IMG/VR virus record: IMGVR_UViG_3300038954_000199
Reading direction: 5' to 3' (one strand)
DNA length: 64,000 nt
From: an uncultured virus (IMG/VR IMGVR_UViG_3300038954_000199)
Taxonomy: Duplodnaviria > Heunggongvirae > Uroviricota > Caudoviricetes
Part shown: piece after piece, positions 58,300 through 64,000 of the stretch
Layout: each line of letters starts with the position of its first letter
Position numbering within the stretch: position 1 is the stretch's first letter
The notes under the pieces: generated by a model
The model's input: only the letters and a program-made list of their open reading frames with translations
Database searches by the model: none
Told to the model about the DNA's origin: nothing
Translations under genes and position numbers: made by a program

Positions 58300-58688
58300 T
58301 ATCAATAAATATCGATCCAGAAAAATTAAAAAAGGATATATTTAAATACTACTCTAATACTTTAAAGGATCTTAATAATAACCCAAATAAAACATTTAAA
58401 ATTACTGTTGATGATACGGAATATGAAGTAAGGTATGAAGTGTCTGGGGATAGCGTAGATTTATTTGTAAAAATTCCTGATCAAGACCAAGATTTAATTA
58501 TTCCCGATCTTAATCTAAATGTTGGGGAAATATTATTACCGCAATCAATTTCGTTGGATGATGAAAAAGGGTACAATCCTGAAACATCTTACCACCCTCA
58601 TAAAGTACTGGGTGAACTATCAAAAGAAGCGGTGGAAAAAATATACCAACAAATTAAGAAAACAGGCTTGCAAAACTTAATTATATAA
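58296..58688 (+). CDS. Hypothetical protein
   Basis: ATGA overlap. Confidence 0.5.
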   Translation: MISINIDPEKLKKDIFKYYSNTLKDLNNNPNKTFKITVDDTEYEVRYEVSGDSVDLFVKIPDQDQDLIIPDLNLNVGEILLPQSISLDDEKGYNPETSYHPHKVLGELSKEAVEKIYQQIKKTGLQNLII

Positions 58689-58723
58689 AAGTCTTAAAAA
58701 CTTATCTATTCCTTAGCCTAAAA

Positions 58724-58742
58724 CTTCTATACTCAAGTTAAT
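58724..58742 (+). promoter_or_regulatory. Putative late promoter motif, copy 3
   Basis: CTTCTATACTCAAGTTAAT upstream of the tail block. Confidence 0.6.
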
Positions 58743-58787
58743 TATAAAAACAATAGTAGAGGGTTTGTTGTATTTTTTGGAGAGCTT

Positions 58788-59213
58788 ATGGCCTCACGTA
58801 CACGATTCACCGTTTCTATTGAGGATAAGTATACTAGGTATGGTATGACGGATCTAACCTTACATCTGTATGAATATCCGATCACAGTTAATAGTGATTA
58901 TACAGTTACAGGAACGAGAGCTACCGATTCAAGTGGGGATAATATTGTTGCTTCAGAGGATGGTGACGGCCAGTATAGTTTTGCAGATGTTGAATACGGT
59001 ACATATGTGGTAGTAGCCTATAGGGCCGGACTTCGTCCTCAGATAGTTACAGGATATAGCCGATTTGTGGTTATTCCTAAATTAGCCGGTAATGAGATAA
59101 GTTGTTCAGAGACCGACTCTACTACTATAAAAGCTAAACTAAATACGATAATTGAATATATACTTGCAAATGATGATGGTTGGTCAGGAACCTCTCCAAC
59201 GGTAATTACATGA
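58788..59213 (+). CDS. Virion protein with prealbumin/carboxypeptidase-regulatory-like beta domain
   Basis: DGQYSFADVEYGTYVVVA. Confidence 0.5.
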   Translation: MASRTRFTVSIEDKYTRYGMTDLTLHLYEYPITVNSDYTVTGTRATDSSGDNIVASEDGDGQYSFADVEYGTYVVVAYRAGLRPQIVTGYSRFVVIPKLAGNEISCSETDSTTIKAKLNTIIEYILANDDGWSGTSPTVIT

Positions 59214-59899
59214 ACCCTAAAAGTGCAAGCGGATTAGCAGGAGATACTCTTCTTACTCACCTGAACACAACAGGTGATAGTCGAGGGTCTTCAGGTAAAT
59301 ACACAGACAGCACCTTTATTTTTGGATTATCCTACCAAGTATCCGATCTATTAATAAAGGTTTTTCAAGATTATTTTCAGTCTAACTCATTAGTAAAGAC
59401 TCTTAATACTAAGTTGGCGAAAGTAAATAAAGAAGTGAGTATTTTAGATCAGTTTACTCCGGATACCATGAGACTGCCACAGATAGTCGTTACGTCATTA
59501 CCGGTAGATCACATACCGTTAAGTTTTGGTAATCGTATTGAGCAAGTAACTTATGATGATCATGTTTATGATGTTTATGGTGGTCAAGTTAATATTGGAT
59601 CTACCATTGAGATATATGATTCAGGTAAACCCAATGTTCATGAATTGGCAGATCTTGTCTTTTTAGGTCTTATGCAATATGTTCCGATGAGAATGGGTAC
59701 AAGTCAGATAATAGTAGACACTGCAAAAGTTAGATTTGCAAATGCAACTAAAACGACTTCCGGTCTTGGTGGAGATGTATACAGAATAAATTTAACTGTT
59801 CCTTTAATTTCGGAATGGCGTCAATATTTTGAAATAGAAACGGTTGATGTAGAAACTATTAGAAATACAATTACTTGTGAAGAAACTAATTTAAAATAA
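59210..59899 (+). CDS. Putative tail completion/terminator protein
   Basis: Directly before sheath; LPQIVV, ELADLV, EW motifs. Confidence 0.5.
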   Translation: MNPKSASGLAGDTLLTHLNTTGDSRGSSGKYTDSTFIFGLSYQVSDLLIKVFQDYFQSNSLVKTLNTKLAKVNKEVSILDQFTPDTMRLPQIVVTSLPVDHIPLSFGNRIEQVTYDDHVYDVYGGQVNIGSTIEIYDSGKPNVHELADLVFLGLMQYVPMRMGTSQIIVDTAKVRFANATKTTSGLGGDVYRINLTVPLISEWRQYFEIETVDVETIRNTITCEETNLK

Positions 59900-59910
59900 A
59901 AGGAGACTTT

Positions 59911-61749
59911 ATGCCTTATCAAAAACCGGCGGTGTTAACGGAAAGAACAGGGTTACCTGGCACTCCGTTAGGCAATACAAACTTTTTTATTCCTACTGTA
60001 ATTGCAAAAACATTAGGTAAAACTACTGCTGTCAGTAGAACCGCTTCTACATCTGGAGATACTGAAAATATTTATATCAACGGACAAATGGTTGAAGAAG
60101 GCGACACACTGAATTATGACAGAGTTACGTATGATAGTGGAACCTATTTAACAACGGCCATTCCAAGACTCCCTGTTGTTTCTGTATTTTCCGTTTCAAC
60201 AGATCACAATAATCCTAATAAGAGAGAATTTGTAGAAGGTTTAGACTTCTCAATAAATAAGACTACCGGTATTATGGATTTTGCAGATGCGCCTGTATTA
60301 GCGCTTCCTGAAATTGATTCTACAGAAGAAGGAACAGGTGGATCTATTACAGCCGACACCTACGATATTGCGGTGATAGTACGAGATGCAAATGACAACA
60401 CTACAACCGCAGATACAACATCCTTTGTTGTTACCGGTGGTTCAGCGTCAATTACGGTTAAATGGGGTAAGGTTAAAAACGCTTCGTCTTATTTAGTGTA
60501 CGCGAAACCAGACAGTGCAGGATCGTCTGAATGGGCTCTTCAAGAAACCATTTCAAGCGGAACTACCGTATCTACAACTCTTACGTCTGCTATTTCTTCG
60601 GGTTCCGTTACTCTTCCTACAACAAATACTACAAAGCATACTCCAGCGGATTCCGATTACGTTTATGTTACGTATACGTATTCCGTTTACACGTATGACT
60701 CTCCTAAACGGTTTTTTGACACAGAATCTCTTCAGTCTGATCACGGTATAGGATCAGAACTTTCTAATGCGGGGAGACTGGTTATGGGTCCTTCTGGCGT
60801 TGGTAACGGAGCAGGTTCTATGTATGCCGTTGCTCCAAGAACTTCTACTGGTGAAATTAATGGTTACCAAAATGCTATTGAAGCGTGTGAATCTATTCAA
60901 GAGCTTATTCTTATGTCAACAGCATCTGCTAGTGATACTGTTAATGATACATTGGTTTCTCATTGTGAAGATATGAGTGAACCTGAAAATGCTAAAGAAC
61001 GCTTCTGTTTTGTTAGTACAACTTCGGATGTTATGGCAGACTCTGATGTATCCACCTTGACAGACAAGCTTTCGGCATTGAATGGTTCGAACAGGTGTGT
61101 TTATGTTGTGACTGATGGGGGGAAGCCTCATATGGATTCGTGGCAGAATACTCTTGATAAATACAATAGTATTTCATCTACCACGGAAACAACACCCTAT
61201 ACAACTAATCAAGCGGTAGATGGTCCTTGGCACGCTATTGCTACAATGGGTATGGTTGCTAATTTGAGTGATCCTGCTGTTCCGGCTACTAACAAAAGAG
61301 TATATGGAATATCTTCTGGTGAAGCCGGATCTACTGCACTTTGGAACGATACTAGAAAAGATACCCTAGCGGCAAATGGCGGTCTTGTTCTTGAAGACAG
61401 ATTTAATAACTTGTTTGTGCGTCATGGTCTCACTTTGTCACAGGCAAGTGTAGAAGATTCAGAACTGTCTATTGTGATGGCTGAAGCATACATGGCAAAA
61501 AGTTTACGAGACAACAACTCCAAATATGTTGGTAAAAAATTAACTGATACTCTATTATCTGGTGTTTTTAAAACGTCCAAAGGAACACTGGATGGCCTTG
61601 TCAGAGATCAAATGATTCGTAGATATAACGAACCTAATGTGTATCAAGATACAGATCTTCCTACATGGGTTTATGTTACATTTACTTATTATCCAATTTA
61701 CCCAACAAATGTAATTAAGTTTGAATGGGGTTTTGATATTTCAGGTTAA
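59911..61749 (+). CDS. Tail sheath protein
   Basis: MPYQKPAV; SHCEDMS...KER; VRHGLT; VTFTYYPIYPTNVI. Confidence 0.85.
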   Translation: MPYQKPAVLTERTGLPGTPLGNTNFFIPTVIAKTLGKTTAVSRTASTSGDTENIYINGQMVEEGDTLNYDRVTYDSGTYLTTAIPRLPVVSVFSVSTDHNNPNKREFVEGLDFSINKTTGIMDFADAPVLALPEIDSTEEGTGGSITADTYDIAVIVRDANDNTTTADTTSFVVTGGSASITVKWGKVKNASSYLVYAKPDSAGSSEWALQETISSGTTVSTTLTSAISSGSVTLPTTNTTKHTPADSDYVYVTYTYSVYTYDSPKRFFDTESLQSDHGIGSELSNAGRLVMGPSGVGNGAGSMYAVAPRTSTGEINGYQNAIEACESIQELILMSTASASDTVNDTLVSHCEDMSEPENAKERFCFVSTTSDVMADSDVSTLTDKLSALNGSNRCVYVVTDGGKPHMDSWQNTLDKYNSISSTTETTPYTTNQAVDGPWHAIATMGMVANLSDPAVPATNKRVYGISSGEAGSTALWNDTRKDTLAANGGLVLEDRFNNLFVRHGLTLSQASVEDSELSIVMAEAYMAKSLRDNNSKYVGKKLTDTLLSGVFKTSKGTLDGLVRDQMIRRYNEPNVYQDTDLPTWVYVTFTYYPIYPTNVIKFEWGFDISG

Positions 61750-61775
61750 GTTTTTTAATAAAGGAGGATTATTAT

Positions 61776-62384
61776 ATGGCAGGGTTAATTCAAGACGATA
61801 ATAAAGTAGGCGGTGTTCCTCAATCTGCATCTAAGTATGTTGCAATGTCCACTTGCTTTGATATCTTTTTTAATGGGGATACTCACATAGGGTTTATTAA
61901 CTCTTTAACTATTAATCATACCAGAACAGTAACTCAGATCAGACATCTGAATTCTGTAGATGCTGGTATAGCCGTAGATACTGTTGTAACTCCGGATGCA
62001 CCGACATTATCATTTAACGGGTTCTATGTATACGCGAATATTGCTAATGAAGAAGACCTTCTTGAATCAAGAATAGGATCAGAACTTACTGACGGTGAGA
62101 CGGGAGTTGGTTCCTCTGCTGGTAGAATAGCAGGTATTCAATTGTTGATGTCTCTAGACCAGCAAAACATACCGTTTGATATTGTTGTTCGTCATGCATA
62201 CCCCTCTACAATAGGATCTGCTCCAGGACCAAAAGTTTCAAATTCGGATTCTGCTTCTGGTAACATTGTTGGAGCCTATAAAAACTGTACGATTAGTGGA
62301 ATGACGGTTCCTATCAATATAGGTACTGCTGCTATATCGGATAGTGGTAATATTTCGGTAGGTTACGTATCTAGCAAAGCATAA
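61776..62384 (+). CDS. Tail tube protein
   Basis: Follows sheath; IGFINSL...R; LDQQNIPFDI; YKNC.I. Confidence 0.75.
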   Translation: MAGLIQDDNKVGGVPQSASKYVAMSTCFDIFFNGDTHIGFINSLTINHTRTVTQIRHLNSVDAGIAVDTVVTPDAPTLSFNGFYVYANIANEEDLLESRIGSELTDGETGVGSSAGRIAGIQLLMSLDQQNIPFDIVVRHAYPSTIGSAPGPKVSNSDSASGNIVGAYKNCTISGMTVPINIGTAAISDSGNISVGYVSSKA

Positions 62385-62420
62385 TACGTAATTGTTTTTG
62401 AATTTGGAAAGGATGAGCAC

Positions 62421-63098
62421 ATGGCTGGTGAACTTAAGGGTTCTCATAAATCTTCTGATATACTTTTCGATCTGACTCCTGAAGACGACAAAAATCTTCG
62501 GGAGTCCGATCTTCTTGATCTCGTTAATCACGGACAATTAACAGATACTATTGATATTCCTGGTTTACACGGGTCCGTTTATCATGTCAGAGTCTCGTTA
62601 CTTTGGGATGATGATTATATTGATATATTAAAACGCACTACTAATTATTCTAATGATCCTATCTTACGAGTTAAGCTGTTAAGAAAGCTTAAACTTCATA
62701 CGGCAATTTCAGGTATTAACGATAAAGATTACAGTGACAAAAATGATCCTCGTGCACAACGAGAACTGTGGTTGATTTTAAGTCGGTTATCTGACACTCA
62801 TATTGAGTATATAGATAAAAAATATGGTGAGTTAGAATTCACAAGAAATATGGATGTTATGGATGCAATGCAACAGATAACAGAAAAGTTTGACAAGACA
62901 TCCCCAAATAACAAAGAAGAAGATGAACAAGAAACCAACCCGATTGATGAACATGTAGCAATGTTTCAAAATCAGGGTCAATCAGAAAAGAAAAAACCGG
63001 AAGATTTAAAAACAAACAAATCGGATAAACAACAAGATGACTCAGAAATCTCAAAACCCACTAAACAGAAAGTAGTTTCGGCTAAACAAAATGAATAG
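62421..63098 (+). CDS. Putative tail assembly chaperone
   Basis: Between tube and tape measure. Confidence 0.5.
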   Translation: MAGELKGSHKSSDILFDLTPEDDKNLRESDLLDLVNHGQLTDTIDIPGLHGSVYHVRVSLLWDDDYIDILKRTTNYSNDPILRVKLLRKLKLHTAISGINDKDYSDKNDPRAQRELWLILSRLSDTHIEYIDKKYGELEFTRNMDVMDAMQQITEKFDKTSPNNKEEDEQETNPIDEHVAMFQNQGQSEKKKPEDLKTNKSDKQQDDSEISKPTKQKVVSAKQNE

Positions 63099-63486
63099 AG
63101 ATAGGTATAATACTGGTGGAGAATTAGAAACATTAGATCTAAGTGATTTAATTGTTCAGTGGAAAATAATGAGAGGTTTAGGATATAAGAGTTTATTTGA
63201 TCCTGAATTTAGAAGAGAAATAAAGAATCCTATAAGACGCGCAATTTACTATAGAATTGTTTTAGAAGAAGAGTATGAAAATCGTAAGTTTATAACTAAT
63301 CTATTAGACAGCGTATCAGATAAATTAGGTTATTTTTCTGACCCTGAATTGTATAAACAGTATCAAGGCACTAAAAAAAGAAAAGAAAATAAAAAAACGC
63401 AGGACGAGTTTGAGAAGCAACAACGACTACATGATTTCTCAGGTAGGGCAGAAGAGTTATCTCAAATAAAAGAAATACTTAAATAG
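63091..63486 (+). CDS. Putative second tail assembly chaperone
   Basis: Position; 8-nt overlap. Confidence 0.45.
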   Translation: MNRDRYNTGGELETLDLSDLIVQWKIMRGLGYKSLFDPEFRREIKNPIRRAIYYRIVLEEEYENRKFITNLLDSVSDKLGYFSDPELYKQYQGTKKRKENKKTQDEFEKQQRLHDFSGRAEELSQIKEILK

Positions 63487-63530
63487 TAACCTACTACAGG
63501 GTAAGCCTCGGGGCTTTTAAACGTCACAGT

Positions 63531-64000
63531 ATGGCAGAACAAAATTTAGGAAATATGAATGTCGGTCTTGATAAAGATACGGCAAGAATGTTAGAGGATG
63601 TCGTGCAGAGTTCTTTACTTGTTGCGGAATATATGGAAAAGTCCGGAGAGAATGCTAAAAAGATACAGGAGAACTTAACTGATATTAGTAGTGACCAACG
63701 GGCGGTAGTTGAAAGTTTAAGGAATTATCAAAATATTTCTTATTCTATTTTGCAAAGTATGCAAAATGTGAAAGATGTTAATTCTTCGCTATTGGAAGTG
63801 CACAAAGGGATAACAGAAGAGCAGACAAAACAAATTTCAACAACGGAACGTCAAGTTCAACTCGATCAGAAAAAAAGAGAACAGGCTGTTAGAGATGCTG
63901 AAAAAGAAGGACAGAAATTATCAAAGGCTGTGACAAGTCCATTCGATGCTTTATCAAAAGGAGTTATGTCCAAATTGCCAGGTGTAGGTCAAGCTGCAAT
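63531..64000 (+). CDS. Tape measure protein, 5' part (runs off the window)
   Basis: Open frame MAEQNLGNMNVGLDKDTARML... to window end; helical; position. Confidence 0.6.
   Translation, partial: MAEQNLGNMNVGLDKDTARMLEDVVQSSLLVAEYMEKSGENAKKIQENLTDISSDQRAVVESLRNYQNISYSILQSMQNVKDVNSSLLEVHKGITEEQTKQISTTERQVQLDQKKREQAVRDAEKEGQKLSKAVTSPFDALSKGVMSKLPGVGQAA

Noticed and set aside
23243..63054. Numerous short minus-strand and alternate-frame ORFs within structural genes
   Set aside because: They are fully nested in long plus-strand genes, lack SD sites, and have the Ser/Phe/Leu-rich composition expected from antisense of acidic, Lys-rich coding DNA.
62421..63486. Programmed -1 frameshift between the tail chaperone genes
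   Set aside because: The second ORF is in the +1 frame and has an in-frame TAG at 63073-63075 just upstream of its ATG; no suitably placed slippery heptamer was found.
1..64000. tRNA, rRNA or diversity-generating retroelement
   Set aside because: No cloverleaf-like intergenic sequence, reverse transcriptase or template/variable repeat pair was noticed by eye; tRNAscan-SE and Infernal would be needed to exclude small RNAs.

Overview
This window is a 64 kb piece of a large, AT-rich (roughly one-third GC by eye) contractile-tailed dsDNA phage of a bacterial host, judged from SD sites, sigma70/sigma54-type promoters and peptidoglycan hydrolases. Positions 1-1336 are a GC-richer, host-like segment holding an integron-type gene cassette (attC) and a broken type I R-M hsdM. 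Positions 1337-17699 hold accessory and nucleic-acid genes (Hsp20, YhaM-like HD nuclease, degenerate ThyX-like protein, Dam, RusA-like resolvase, lytic transglycosylase) and a ~10 kb sugar-modification cluster (four glycosyltransferases, an AsnB-type amidotransferase, a WbmG/H-like SDR, two SAM methyltransferases). Positions 17711-64000 hold the morphogenesis genes: terminase, portal, prohead protease, scaffold, decoration protein, major capsid, neck, sheath, tube, chaperones and the start of a tape measure. The most striking signal is a set of large acidic mosaic proteins in the head region. They are built of unrelated small modules joined by a recurring basic linker (S-S-K-K-x-A/S), and a K-x-A core of the same kind occurs in the portal, protease, scaffold and capsid N-terminus. 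I infer these are capsid-packaged, protease-processed cargo polyproteins; a related mosaic protein carries an Acb1-like 2H phosphoesterase. A 19-bp motif precedes three late gene blocks. All family assignments come from motif recognition; no database search was run.
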